NCBI GenBank assembly: GCA_951406725.2
Contig: OX597823.1
Span: forward strand, 105,028,001-105,092,000
Direction of reading: 5' to 3'
Length of the DNA: 64,000 nt
Origin: Octopus vulgaris
Taxonomy: Eukaryota
Part shown: in pieces, positions 13,432 through 28,577 of the stretch
How the letters are laid out: the number at the start of each line of letters is the position of its first letter
Position numbering within the stretch: the first letter of the stretch is position 1
Position numbers and translations under genes: made by a program
The notes under the pieces: generated by a model
What the model saw: the letters and a program-made list of their open reading frames with translations, nothing else
What the model was told of the DNA's origin: nothing
Database searches by the model: none

Positions 13432-15629
13432 TACTTGTTGTCCGAAAGTCCTTTGTTTTTCACCTCACAGTCTTCTTCCATGAGGTTTTTATATAGTTTC
13501 TTTGATGAATATGTTTGAAATCTCCCTACTGCATCAGGGTAAAGAGATTTCAGGGTGCTGTATGTGTTCGGTGTTACGTGTATTATTTTAATGTGTTGTG
13601 GTGGTGTTGTGCGTTTTCAGTTATGTTGGTGTTTGACCTAATGTGTTCCATTAGGTCGTGGTTGTTTGTGTTTATTGCTGTCAACATTGTTGGGGGGTTT
13701 GATGATGGTGTGTTTGTGTTGATGTGTTTGTTTTCTGTGGATGTTTTTGTTTCGGGAGTGGTGAATCTTCCTGCTTTGTTTGTTATCTTTTCTTTTCTTT
13801 CTTTTCCCCTTTTTCTTCTCCCCCCTGTGGCTATTTGCCAATCTTCTGTGTCTTCTTCGTCTAATGACAAATCAGAGGAATCAGAGCTTGGGAGGGGGAA
13901 AATATTGGGGTCTATTGTAGACTGTGTTGATTTTGTTGTTGGTGTTGGTTGGTGAGCGTTAGGGTGTGGTGTATGGGGTTTTGGAGGTGGGGTGTGGGTA
14001 TTTTGTGTTTGAGTGATTGTAGGTATTGTTGTGTTGTTTGGGGTGTCAATTTTGTGGGGATTTGGAGTAGTAATTGTTTCTTCATTTTCGATGAGTGTCT
14101 TTTTGGCAGATGTTCTTGGTTTGGGAGTTGGTTTATTCTTGGTTGTTGTTGTTGGTGTTGCTTCTGTTCTTGGTGCAGTTGGTGGTGTTGTTTGGTTGGT
14201 GAGGTTTGTTTTTTTTTTATTTTCTGTGATTAGTCCTGTTTGTACAAATTGTGGTGTGGTAGTAAAGCTGGCTTTTTTGTTTTTTTCCGGCTGCTGTTGT
14301 TGTTGCTGCTGTTTTCTTGCGGCATATTTGCAATCTTTTTTTAGGCGTTGCTCACTGCCGCATATGTAGCGACGTGGTCTTCTGCCATCGACGACCACAT
14401 ACAACTTGTGGTCTTCTGATACACATATCTGGGTGGGTATTTTCTTTATGTCATCTTGGTTTATGTGTAGTAGAAATTCTACTCTTTTTCCCACCTAGTT
14501 TTTGTGTTCCGTGACCGTAGTTTCTAAAATTGTGAAATCTTCCATTTTCACACATAAAGCCTTTACTAGCCATAGATTTTTCGCAATTTTTGGGACATTG
14601 TTTAAAGTGATCTTAGTCACTTTCTGTCCATGATAGCTTGGTGTTAATGTCAGTTCATCTGAATGAAGAGTTAGTGTTGAGAAAAACGTTTTGCTAACTC
14701 TTCAGTGTGGAAGACCACTTGTATGTGTGCGAACTTGTTCCACCAAGTCACATACTCTTTGTAGTTCCAGATGGGTTTCAAGCAGTTTTCGATTTTGCTT
14801 GTGTTAGCCTTCTCTGGACTTTTTGTTTTCTTATTAATTATTTTATATATAATAGTTCTTTTTTTTTCATTTTCTAATATTTCTTGTGGTATGTTTATTT
14901 TTACTATACCATCTACTTTCGTTATTAAAATTTTCGTATCTTTTATCTGCTGTGTAGTAAAATATACTGTTCTCTTTTTTCTTTTATCGCCTCCGCGAAA
15001 TTTGTTGTTGTTTTGTTATTGTTGTTGCTGGTGGTGATGTTGTTGTTGGCTGCAGTTGGTAAAATCGGTGTATTTGGTTTGATTGTGCAAGTAGGAAGGG
15101 GTGGAAAATTACTTGCATAGTTTGTCCCTGTGTTCGAGCAGCTTTTGTCAATTTGTTTGGTGGTCACAGTCTTTTGTTTATTCCCTTCAGTTCTTGTTGT
15201 TGGAGGAAACAAGGTTTGAACGGAATTGTTGTTGTTGTTATTGTTGTTTTTGTTGTTGGTGTTGGCGGTGGTGTCAGTGGCAGAAGAGACAGCCGTGGCA
15301 GCAGATGTCAAAATGGTGGCGCAATTGTTGTTATTCTTGTTGTCATTGTTATTGTTGCTGTTGTTGGTAGTTAAGGTAGTGGATTAGGTGGCGGTGGTGG
15401 TGGTGGTGGAGGCGGTGGTGGTAGCAGTAGTAGTCTCATTGTTGTTGTTGTTAGTGGTGGTGGTGACAGTGCTGTTATCGCAAGTGGTTGCAGCGTTCAC
15501 TACCACGTCATTCAGGTTTGCATTTTGCGTGCATGAGTTCTTTTTTTCTTCTCCTAGCGTTTCCAGACTAGGAAAATGTTGGTCGATAAAGGAACGCGAC
15601 CAGCGTTCTACAATACAATTTCTCGACAT
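13432..15629 (-). pseudogene. Tx1-type ORF1, Thr/Asn/Pro-rich with a degraded zinc knuckle; several stops and frameshifts
   Basis: Directly upstream of ORF2; RRYICGSEQRLKKDC resembles a mutated CX2CX4HX4C; pieces in ORFs 15384-15713, 14943-15311, 13583-14494. Confidence 0.75.
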
Positions 15630-15827
15630 TTTCAAAATGTCAAGAAGAAAATTACACAAATTAAATAGGGTTGAAACTGCCCCTAGGGGCGAATTCCTCC
15701 CTCGGAAAAGCACTCAAACGAAAGTTGGGTGCCTTACACACCTTATTTACAAAAATGTACACAAAATATGGGCTATAAATAGTCAAAATAAACGATTACC
15801 TTCGGAGCCGAAGTGACAGCACGTCCG

Positions 15828-16216
<389 letters not shown>

Positions 16217-17342
16217 CAACCAGTATATAAGCATCAATTACCTCTTTCCCACCTACTCCCTGCCAACTGCTTGAATATACACTATTTTCTCTCTTTCCCT
16301 TCTTTTTTTCTTCTTTTTCTTTGTCTAGCACCTATCCACTGATTTCCCACATACCTGCTTTCACATTCTGAACAACGGTTAACCATCCTGCATTTCATGT
16401 CCAATCTGATGATTGGGAAATGTGAAATATGAAATAACTAGAAGTGACACGCAAGCTGCAATGGCCATGACCCTTGGCACTGACCCTTGGCACTGAGTTC
16501 CGTTTGGAGTTTCTGTCTTTGTACTCTTGTTTGCTTGCCCACCCTTCCACTTGACAACTGGTGTTGCTTTGTTTATGTCCCTATAACTTAGCCATTTACC
16601 AAAGGAGACCAAAAGGACTGTAGTTGAATTGTTCAACTGAAACCCCACCATATAAGATTTTGCTGTTAAAATCGATCTTCAATAACTTTGTTATATACTT
16701 CTACAATACACAAAATATCTTTCAATATTTTATTTTTTCTAATACTTGTTTCAGTGATCTGACTGTGGCCATGCTGGGGCATTGCCTTGAAAGGTTATAA
16801 TTGAACAAATCGACCTCAGGCAGCGAGCTGGCAGAAATGTTAGCAGGATGGGCGAAATGCTTAGCTGTACTTCGTCTGCCGCTACGTTCTAAGTTCAAAT
16901 TCCACCGAGGTCGACTTTACCTTTCATCCTTTCGGGGTCAATAAATTAAGTACCAGTTACGCACTGAGGTCGATATAATCGACTTAATCCATTTGTCTGT
17001 CCTTGTTTGTCTCCTCTGTGTTTCAGTTTCCATCTGCCAAATCTACTCATAAGGCTTTGGGACTGAACCCAGAACCATGTGGTTGGGAAGTAAACCTTTT
17101 ACCACACAGCCATACCTAATTTTTTTTAATGCAATTCCTAATAATATTTAATTATAAAATATAATAGGATTTTTTAAACATTAAATAATTATGAGGGTCC
17201 AGTTGTGTAAAATAGGAATTAAAGGGGTCCGTAGATAAAAAATGATTGAGAGGCACTGATCAAAGTGATGTCCCAGCATGGCCACAGTCCAATGACTGAA
17301 ACAAGTAAAAGACAGACCAAAAATAGATTTTAGTTCCTATAG

Positions 17343-17495
17343 GTGCAGGAGTGGCTGTGTGGTAAGTAGCTTGCTTACCTACCACATGATTCCGGGTTCA
17401 CCTTGGGCAAGTGTCTTCTACTATAGCCTCGGGCCAGCCAAAGCCTTGTGAGTGGATTTGGTTGACAGAAACTGAAAAGAAGCCCATCGTATATT

Positions 17496-17546
<51 letters not shown>

Positions 17547-17760
17547 TTGTGTGTCTGTGTTTGTCTTCCCAACATCGCTTGACAACCAATGCTGGTGTGT
17601 TTACATCCCTGTAACTTAGCGGCTCGGCAAAAGTGACCAATGGAATAAGTACTAGGCTTACAAAGAATAAGTCCTGGGATTGATTTGCTTGACTAAAAGG
17701 CGGTGCTCTAGCATGGCTGCAGTCTAATGACTGAAACAAGTAAAAGAGTAAAAGAGTGAA
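17343..17760 (+). mobile_element. SINE family B, near full length (further copies ~22007-22300, 55980-56135, 59120-59537, 61904-62250)
   Basis: Same head and (GTAAAAGA)n tail as 7355-7772. Confidence 0.85.
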
Positions 17761-19069
17761 AGAGATAGAATGTCAGTTTATGATTTACAATGCAACATAG
17801 ATAAAAATTAGACATTTAATTTTTGACAATATCAATGACAAGCAAATTGATTGTAATGTGTTTTACAAACCATAGAGTGTTCTTAATTTCATTTCTATGA
17901 AATAATGGGAAATAAGACACTGACTTAGAAACGTTTTGTCTGTTAACACACAGACACGACATAGTGTCATAACCAATTATTATCAATTTAGATGCTTTTT
18001 TGTCTTCTTCGGTAAAGTATGAATGTGAGTCAAACATATTCTCTCCCCAAACCAGAGAAGCTCAAAGTAAACAGTATTTGTACCAATTTATTAAATTATT
18101 CCGATGGCCAGTTTAGCTTGTTTTTTTTATCAGATTAGAACATCAATGTTTCTAGAAAAGGCATAAATATTACCAGTTCCTAGTTTGTCTGCCCAATAAA
18201 TTTCCTTTAGCCTTCTGGGGTCAGGTAGCAGTCAGTATTTCACTTGAGAAACCAGTAGACAAATCACTGTTCCATGTTTTAACTCCTACTGCATCATGAC
18301 TCCCATCGTAAGCCATTTTCAAGAAGAGATATTAAATTATTGGTTTGTAACATGGGCACAAGAGCTTATATAATAGGGGAAGGGAAAATTAAGTTTAACC
18401 TCTGTTCCTGATTTAATGACACTCAAAGAGCGAAAAACATGGAGTTTATTGTGGTGAAATTGAAAAATCAGAATATACAAGCTTAGTACAGCCAATGTAA
18501 TTTACAAATTTGATTCTCGTTACCTTATCTCACTCTACCTCTTATCATACACTTATTCCTTTTCTCCCACACATCCAGGGTCTCTGTCATCGTTTTCTCC
18601 CCCACTCTTATGCCCCTTCCGTCCTAGGTTACATTGTCATCTGTCATGGCCCTATCCTCTTGGTAACCTTGCTTTGACTATTTGTAGATCTTAGAATACT
18701 GAATATTCTTATCACTCATACCGCCTTCTAAATATCCTTCTCTTATCACTTTTCCCTATCATTCATGTTTCTGTCAATCATGTCTATCACTCTGTAAAGA
18801 AGTTGGTGAGTGAACAGACTGAGGGCTCATGAGGTTCTTTTAATCATGTCAAAAACGTAGCTGCCCCTTTAGCGCAGGTGCTACAAAACACACACCCAGT
18901 AACACACTGTAAAGTGTAAAGCCATGAGGAACTTTTGGTCTTGCAGAAGATATGGTGACTCTCCAGTGCTAGTGCTATGTAAGAAGCATGTTCAATGCAT
19001 CTAGTACACTTTGTAAAAGTTGTTGGTGTTATGAAGAATATTCAGATGCTGAAAGCAAACCAAAAAAAC

Positions 19070-19185
19070 GATAATGACGATGATGACGATGGCAACGACA
19101 ACGATGACAACGACAACAAAGACGATGACGATGACGGCAATGATAACAGCGATGACAACGACAATGAGGAGGAGGAGGAGAAGGA
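19070..19185. repeat. (GAY/AAY)n-(GAG)n trinucleotide microsatellite
   Basis: Direct reading. Confidence 0.85.
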
Positions 19186-21888
19186 TATGCATGACAAAGA
19201 GACTTTCCATACAGTATCACAGTGGAATTGAACACAGATCCTTATGGCTACGAAACAAACTCTTAACAAGAATAATAAGTTAACACATTTAGAGTTCATT
19301 AGTTTGAACCAATAATACTCTGATTATGTTGATGACTGGATTTCGCCAATTTGAAGGCTAAAGGGTTATAAAAACACTTTTACTAGTTCCATCTTTGGCC
19401 ATGCCAGTTCCAATAATTCGTGCAACTGTTTGCCTTGGCAGAACCATCCATCCGACACTAACACCAAAGACAAGGATTGGAAATGGTTTATATTTTTCTT
19501 TTAAATTTATTTGATATTTTTTTCTAACTGTTTTTCTTTACATATTATATTTAATTACAATCATTAAATAAACGATGCTATTGATATCTAACCCATGACA
19601 CACAGACACAAATTATCAATAAAGTTTTAAACAAATAAACAAAACTCATTAAAGGAGAAACATGTTCTCGTTAAATCAAAATATATTGATTCTTGAAAAT
19701 CTCACATGCAAATGATGCTATCATCATCAGCAGCAGCAGCAGTAGCAGTAGCAGCAGTAGCAGTAGCAATACATACATACACTAAAATAGTATAAGCCAC
19801 CACCACCACCACCAACATCTCCATCATCCATGTGCTTACTTGACCTACAAGAATTAACCGCTAGAATTTCTCTCAAACCCTACTGTAATATAAAAAAAAA
19901 AAAAATAATAATAAGGTATTTTGGACAATGTAGCCCCTGATAACCAACTGATGGGATGGTCATAGATGGAACATTTTTGATCATAAGTCTGCTTGGTCAG
20001 GGATGAATTGGAGTTAAAGTCCATGCCCGCCACTGCCATCCTGACTGATTAATATTGAGGGAACCTTAGGGTGGTGAGCTGGCAGACTTGTTAGCAAGCG
20101 GAGCAAAACGCTTTGTGACACTTCGTCCATCTTTAAGTTCTGAGTTCAAATTCTGCTGAGGGCAACTTTGCCTTTCATCCTTTTGGGGGTTGATAAAAGT
20201 AAGTACCAGCTGGACACTGGGGTTGATGTAATTGACTTATCTCCCACCCCTGAAGTTGCTGGCCTTGTGCCCCTAAAATCTGAAACCAATATTGAAGGAA
20301 CTTCTTTGTGGTATCACAAATTGCTAGAAATAGGAGTATCACCCTCAAATCCCTTGCATCATTTCAAGAAATCGATTTGTTGTAAACATGATCCTGTGTT
20401 GCTTGCATATAAGAAAAAGAAGGGGTCATCATGTCTGGAATGCCTAGGTCTGCTCAATTGGAGCTGACCTAAGGTTAAACAACAGCAACATACCAAAACT
20501 ACTGTGCTGCACCATCAACAGATGCTGCAGCCCAACTAATGCATCACCAACACAGAACAGTTGCATTCAACAACATCAAGTGGCACCATCACCTCATCAC
20601 TATTACAGAGGCCATCCATCCATCCATCCATCCATCCATTCATTTATTCATCTATCTGAAAAGCAGAATTGAAATTTTTGATACTTGCCCACATAAAAGG
20701 AAGTACATTCTATCATACCAGTATGTTCTGTTGTGACTATAATTGTCAGTTCCCCACCGCCAATTTCTGGGAATCAGCAAAGATTTGATCAGAACATACA
20801 CAGATGTACTCACAGACACATAATTCACTTTAATATGGCAAACATCCACTCCATAGATCCTTTTTACATCCCCCGCCACAGTATAAGGTTCTACACATAT
20901 AGTGCCTCTACACACATTCCATACCTATGCAAATACTCTAAAGAATTTAACCAAAACATAAAGAAAGCGCACACAAATGAGCACACAGGTACTTAAGCAG
21001 CCTTTGGACATCCATCCTCCCTCCCCTGATAATGCTACACATATAGCACCACTGCATACATTCAAACTCTACTAGAACATCAACCTCAAAACATACACAA
21101 ATTTCTAGAAAACTCTTGGTACTTTGCAATGTTCCCAGATGTGGTTTTTCTTTGGTGCTAAGGGACATAACTCTTAACTTAATCCCTGCTTAATTTATTT
21201 CAGCATCTTTTACACAGCAACCACAAACCAGATGTGTCTTTTCATCTCCAACAATAGAGAGCAGTAGTCATTTTCCTTCTATAACTGCCATCTCTGAAGA
21301 GTGCAGAGTTACATAATCAGGTTGTTATCTAACACTCTGTTGAACCTCTAGTGTGAAACTGATTGGTAAGGTTGGCTGTAATGGATATATAACACTGTAT
21401 ACTTTGATTAATATATCCATGCCATTGACAAATATGAGTGCATGTTTTTTTCTGACCTATACATTCTTATGTGTGTGTGTGTGTGTGTGTGATACAAAGT
21501 GCCAAGAGTTTTATACATTCATACATATACACACAAAAGGTTTCTACCAAACCTACTTACAAATCTTTGGTCAGCCTGGGGCTACAGTAGAAGACACTTG
21601 CCTAGTGGGACTTAATCCAAGACTGCATAGTTGGGAAACTAGGTTCTTAACCAAACAGCCACTTCTGTACCTACTTATGTGAATATTTATTTACATTTTT
21701 ATTGGATTAGTTAGTATGCAGGCTCTGTGACTATGGTCTTTGCAGTCTCTCTGAGAAGTCCAGGCCTGTGATGGTTACTGCTGGTACTCTTGGCAATCTT
21801 TGCCAGTTTATGAAGAAACCAAGGTCATCAACACTGTTGTCTATAGCCTGCTGCATTGCATTATTCCAGTGACCATAATAGCTATATG

Positions 21889-22005
21889 TGGAGGCACAGT
21901 GGCCCAGTGTTTAGGGCAGCAGACATGCGGTCGGGAGATTGAGGTTTCGATTCCCAGACTGGGCGTTGTGTGTGTTTATTGAGTGAAAACACCTAAAAGC
22001 TCCAC
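21889..22005 (+). mobile_element. SINE family A head abutting a family B copy
   Basis: GGAGGCACAGTGGCCCAGTG...GGTTTCGATTCCCAGAC. Confidence 0.8.
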
Positions 22006-22905
22006 ACGCAGGAGTGGCTGTGTGGTAAGTAGCTTGCTTACCAATCACATGGTTCAGGGTTCAGTGTCACTGCATGGCACCTTGGGCAAGTGTCTTCTAC
22101 TATAGCCTCGGGCTGACCAAAGCCTTGTGAGTGGATTTGGTAGACGGAAACTGGAAGAAGCCTGTTGTATATATGTATATATATGTGTGTTTGTGTGTCT
22201 GTGTTTGTCGTCCCAACATCGCTTGACAACTGATGCTGGTGTGTTTATGTCCCTGTAACTTAGCAGTTTGGCAAAAGAGATCAATAAAATAAGAAACAAG
22301 TAAATGAGTAAGCAAAAACAAAAACAAAAACAGAACAAAAATGAAAAACAAAAAACCCACCAAAATGGTTGTGCTGATGACATATTTCCATTATCTAATT
22401 ACTATCTTCTACAAAAAGCATCAACCAAATATATTGTCATAAGATAGTGTTTTCTTTTGATAGAAATGAATTTCTTCTTAGCTAAAATCTATAGATTTAT
22501 TCTGTGAAACAATATAGTATTGAGAAAAACAGTTTATAGACCAGTAATGTATAAAAATTATCCTTACAACATTTGAAGCATGTGAAATAAAAAAAAAAAG
22601 ACTTCTTAGAGAGAAAACACTATAGATCTGAAAAGTCAGGAAAATAAGATTGTGTAATGTTCATGCCTTTCTTGAGAACGTCATCATTCTCTGAAATGGT
22701 GTTATCAATGAATAAAAAATGAATCACATGGATTTGCATTGTAGCTCTGAATTGTAGATCTGGTCTGAAGATTCGGTTCACTTGATGCACTTGGCTTGTT
22801 GCACTATTCTCCCTCTCCGTTCTCTTGTGTTTGTCCATTGCAAACATTGTTAGCAGATGCACAATAGCAACAGTGTGTATACATTCAATTCCATATATAT
22901 GCATG

Positions 22906-22955
<50 letters not shown>

Positions 22956-23517
22956 GGTACAGAAAGAGAGATATGATTACAGAGAAAAAATATTTATGTC
23001 TAAAACAACAACTTCTTTACATCTCTCTAGGAAATGGAATTGATGTCTGCTAGACTACATTGTTTCCACATTTCTTCCATAATTGATAACCACATAACCC
23101 AACTAAATGACAAGAAGCTGCTGCAGTTTCTAGAAAATTCATTCTTTTCTTTTCTTTTCTCCTCTTTCTTTTGACTATTTTGTTTTCCTTCATATTTTAG
23201 TTTCTTGAGGAAAAAAAGTCGAAATTTATTCAAGCCAATAAATTCACTTCCTGGCTTTGTTGTCTTCTATCTTCTTTTCCATAATGGTGTGTCTATGTTG
23301 GGAAGAATATTCCAGTCATTCAATTATTGATTCTTGTCTTGAAACGACATCACTGTCAGGCACAATTGGGCTATTAATGTAGATATTCCCGTAAAATTTC
23401 TAAATTGCAATGCATTCATGTTAACACTAAATTTGCATAAAACAAAAATTTTATAGCCTTCATGAGTTCATCGTTTATATATAGAACAAAGTGATGAGAG
23501 AAATAGTGGAGGAGAGA

Positions 23518-23586
<69 letters not shown>

Positions 23587-24289
23587 TGAGAGTGAGAGAT
23601 AAAAGATAGTGGGTGATAGCTAAATAGTGTGGGATGATGAGAAATATAGAAAGATACGAAGACAAAAGATATGGAGATAAAAGAGCTTTATGGAAATATA
23701 TAGATGCACAGAGAGAGAGAGAGAGAGAGAGAGTGAGTGAGAGAGAGAGGAGGGGGAGAGAGAGTGTGAGAGAGAGAGGGGTGAGTCGTAGGCAGTGAGA
23801 ATAGAAAGATTAAGACAAAGAAGGAGGTAGTCAGAAGTGGAAGGATATAGAGAGAACAGAAAATAGAAAATGAGAGGGGGGGGGGAGAAACAGAGAGAAA
23901 TAAAAATAATAAAAAAAACAGAGAAAGAAAGAAAAATGAAAATAAGTTATTCACTCTTCTAATAATCAGAAATATACAAACTGAAAGAAATAACAGAAAA
24001 GATGAAACAAATAAATTGGATATTTTTTTCAGATGATGCTGCTGCTGATGACGCTGACGATGACGCTGATGATGATGATGAAGATTTTAACTGATTTGCA
24101 TTGTTACTTATGAGTCTTAATATAATCACCTGAATTGTTTCAGTTTAGCCATTGTTGTATGTAAATAGAACATTTTACATTTTGGTTTATGGTACTAGCA
24201 ACAATTCCTGAATAAACCAGTTCCATATAAAATAAACTGCTATAAGCCTGCCCAACCTTTTTGTACTTATCTATTTATTTATTTTACAT

Positions 24290-24330
<41 letters not shown>

Positions 24331-24449
24331 TATATATAAATACACTGCCTGTTTGTATGTATAGGTGTACATATATGAATATATATATATATATTTATTT
24401 GCTTCTACCATTTTTTGCTCAGTTACAGTCAGAAAACAATATGTTGGTA

Positions 24450-24548
<99 letters not shown>

Positions 24549-24637
24549 CATATATGTATATGTGTATATGTATATATAAAATTATATGTATGATGTATGT
24601 ATGTATGTATAAGTGTACATATATGAATATATATATA

Positions 24638-24764
<127 letters not shown>

Positions 24765-24765
24765 A

Positions 24766-24796
<31 letters not shown>

Positions 24797-24836
24797 ATAT
24801 AAGTGTACATATATGAATATATATATATATATATGA

Positions 24837-24933
<97 letters not shown>

Positions 24934-25679
24934 GTATGTATGTATGTATATACTTATTTGTGTCTACCATTTTTTGCTCAGTTACAGTCGGAAAACAATA
25001 TGGTGGTAATCAGCATTGTGTTGTGATGTAAGATAATAATGTGAAACATATCATTTAAGCAGACAAAATATTCCATTTGTAATTCTAATGAATATTTTAT
25101 GTTGGTTCAAAGACAAAACAAAGATGTCTTCAGAAATGTGATGAGTTATGATGCGGGTAAAAAAAACAAAAAACACAAACAAACCAAAATTGAAAACGAA
25201 GATGGAGAGGTCATGACTGGAAAGCCTTTCATAGTCTCCTTGATTGGAGTTGACCTGGGACTAAATTATAATGACAAAAGACAGCAGATATCATATACAA
25301 CAGTATAAACACAATATATATTCTTAGGTTGTGAGCTAATGAGGGAGCCAACTTCTAGAAATAGCAGCCAATTCTCCCTCAAATCATTCCTTGTCATATT
25401 ATTAAAGACAAGATACATATTATGGTACAGTTGTTTCGGTGTTGCCTGTTCAGCATCATTGCTTCAATGATGACTTGTTTGACATAAAATGTTTTAACGT
25501 TTCACTTCTTCTCCCCCACATTCTCTGTGTATGTGTGGGAGTATAATTCTCTTTGTCTGTATGACAAGAGGAGAAAGTGTTTATGTTAATTGTGTTCAAT
25601 TAATAAATTACAATGTTTCTCTCTTTCCCTCTTTTTTTCCATTCTCTCTATATGCATGTGTTTATTTCTGTTATGTTCA

Positions 25680-25730
<51 letters not shown>

Positions 25731-26332
25731 CTAGTGCCAAAACATACTGTTACCAAAACAGGTTGAACGTCCAGTTAGTTGTTGCATATCATCAACATCC
25801 ACCTAGCAGCACCCAGTCATCTTCTTCTATGATAATATACACCCACATGTGCCTAAAACAATGGCCTGGCCATTGCTGGCATGCCTTTGATTACAGTTCT
25901 GTTTTAATTGACCATGAATGACCTGAGGTTGAGCAACAACCAACTACAATAACAAAGGACTATTCCATTCAACAACATAAGCATAAATTGCAACACTCCA
26001 TGGGAGATTTTCTGAATGAATTGCATGGATAATTTCAGTTAATTGAAGTTTTTTCAGCTCATATTTTTAGAAGATGTCTGGCATCTGGCTGTTCTCAAGA
26101 AAACTCATCCACCACAACAGAATTGATACTGGTACTGGTACCACATAAAAAGCACTTGTGCTGGTTCCACGTTAAGGGCCACTGGTGCTGGTGCAACATA
26201 AAAAGCATCCAGTGCACTCTGTTGGGTGGTTGACATTGGGAAGGGTATCCAGCCATAGAAACCATACCAGAACAGACAATGGAACCTAGTTGTTGGCATT
26301 AGGAAGGACATCCAGACAAAGGTGCCTGGTGC

Positions 26333-28220
26333 AGCTCCTGGCCATACTAGCTCTTGGCCATACTAGCTCCTGGCCATACTAGCTCCTGGCCATACTAGCT
26401 CCTGGCTATACTAGGCCATACTAGCTCCTTGCCATACTAGCTCCTGGCCATACTAGTTCCTGGCCATACTAGCTCCTGGCCATACTAGCTCCTGGCTATA
26501 CTAGGTCATACTGGCTCCTGGCCAAACTAGCTCCTGGCAATACTAGTTCCTGGCCATACTAGCTCCTGGCCATACTAGCTCCTGGCCATACTAGCTCCTG
26601 GCCATACTAGCTCCTGGCTATACCAACTCCTGGCCATACTAGCTCCTGGCAATACTAGGCCATACTAGCTCCTGGTCATACTAGCTCCTGGCCATACTAG
26701 TTCCTGGCCATACTAGCTCCTGGCCATACTAGCTCCTGGTGATACTAGGCCATACTAGCTCCTGGCCATACTAGGCCATACTAGCTCCTTGCCATACTAG
26801 CTCCAGGCCAAACTAGCTCCTGGCAATACTAGCTCCTTGCCATACTAGGCCATACTAGGTCCTTGCCATACTAGCTCCTGACATATACTAGCTCCTGGCC
26901 ATACTAGCTCCTGGCCATACTAGTTCCTGGCCATACTAGCTCCTGGCCATACTAGCTCCTGGCCATACTAGCTCCTGGCCATACTAGCTCCTGGCTATAC
27001 CAACTCCTGGCCATACTAGCTCCTGGCAATACTAGGCCATACTAGCTCCTGGTCATACTAGCTCCTGGCCATACTAGTTCCTGGCCATACTAGCTCCTGG
27101 CCATACTAGCTCCTGGTGATACTAGGCCATACTAGCTCCTGGCCATACTAGGCCATACTAGCTCCTTGCCATACTAGCTCCAGGCCAAACTAGCTCCTGG
27201 CAATACTAGCTCCTTGCCATACTAGGCCATACTAGGTCCTTGCCATACTAGCTCCTGACATATACTAGCTCCTGGCCATACTAGCTCCTGGCCATACTAG
27301 TTCCTGGCCATACTAGCTCCTGGCCATACTAGTTCCTGGCAATACTAGCTCCTGGCGATACTAGGCCATACTAGCTCCTGGCAATACTAGTTCCTGGCCA
27401 TACTAGGCCATACTAGCTCCTGGCCATACTAGCTCCTGGCCATACTAGGCCATACTAGCTCCTGGCCATACTAGCTCCTGGCCATACTAGTTCCTGGCCA
27501 TACTAGCTCCTGGCGATACTAGCTCCTGGCAATACTAGGCCATACTAGCTCCTGGCCATACTAGTTCCTGGCCATACTAGGCCATACTAGCCCCTGGCCA
27601 TACTAGCTCCTGGCCATACTAACCCCTGACCATACTAGCTCCTGGCTATACTAGGCCATACTAGCTCCTGGCCATACTAGCTCCTGGCCATACTAGCTCC
27701 TGGCCATACTAGCTCCTGACATACTAGCTCCTGGCCATACTAGCTCCTGGCCATACTAGTTCCTGGCCATACTAGCTCCTTGCAATACTAGCTCCTGACA
27801 TACTAGTTCCTGGCCATACAAGCTCCTGGCCATACTAGCTCCTGGCCATACTAGCTCCTGGCCATACTAGTTCCTGGCCATACTAGCTCCTGGTGATACT
27901 AGCCCCTGGCCATACTAGTTCCTGGCCATACTAGGCCATACTAGCTCCTGGCTATACTAGGCCATACTAGCTCCTGGCGATACTAGGCCATACTAGCTCC
28001 TGACCATACTAGTTCCTGGCCATACTAGCTATGGCCACACTAGCTCCTGGCGATACTAGGCCATACTAGCTGCTGGCCATACTAGCTCCTGGCCATACTA
28101 GCTCCTGGCCATACTAGCTCCTGGCCATACTAGCTCCTGGCCATACTAGCTCTGGCGATACTCGCTCCTGGCTATACTAGGCCATACTGGCTCCTGGCCA
28201 TACTAACTCCTGGCCATACT
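26333..28220. repeat. ~1.9-kb minisatellite, 16-bp unit GCTCCTGGCCATACTA with 10-bp variants
   Basis: Roughly 120 tandem units; embedded in an RTE-tail-type repeat spanning ~26105-28272. Confidence 0.97.
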
Positions 28221-28577
28221 CGCTTCTGTCAAACAGTCCAGGCAAACTCCATGCCTACATGGGAAATGAATATTAAATGATGATGATGATGATCTTGAGA
28301 CAATGCTATATTTAAAGGCATGTGGCCCAGTGGTTAAAGTGCTGAACTCCTGCTCAGAAGATCATGGTTTTAATTACTGGACTTACTAGCAATTTTTTTC
28401 CTTTACCATATTGTTACTGCTTGTGACTGTGATATAGATACTAAAATCTGTGATGGCTGGTCGTATGGTTGTTGTTGTTGCTTAACCCCAGGTTAGCACT
28501 GAATGAGCAGGTCTACAATATAAAGTATTCCATTTTTGTCCCTCCAATAGTAGACTATCAACAGGTCTTTTGCTAAA

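Larger units (their letters stand above)
9641..15827 (-). mobile_element. Near full-length L1/Tx1-clade non-LTR retrotransposon (~6.2 kb) inside a (GATA)n microsatellite
   Basis: ORF1 then ORF2 (EN-RT-CCHC) on the minus strand; AATAAA at 9648-9653 just before the 3' junction; (GATA)n on both sides (~9442-9640 and ~15828-16216); GC-richer than flanks. Confidence 0.93.

Noticed and set aside
18995-19231. Acidic poly-D/E ORF
   Set aside because: Trinucleotide microsatellite adjoining repeat debris
22620-22904. Possible host exon in unique sequence
   Set aside because: No recognisable domain and no convincing splice sites; needs RNA-seq or homology
26333-28220. CRISPR-like or coding repeat
   Set aside because: No unique spacers, no cas genes, stops in all frames, eukaryotic context
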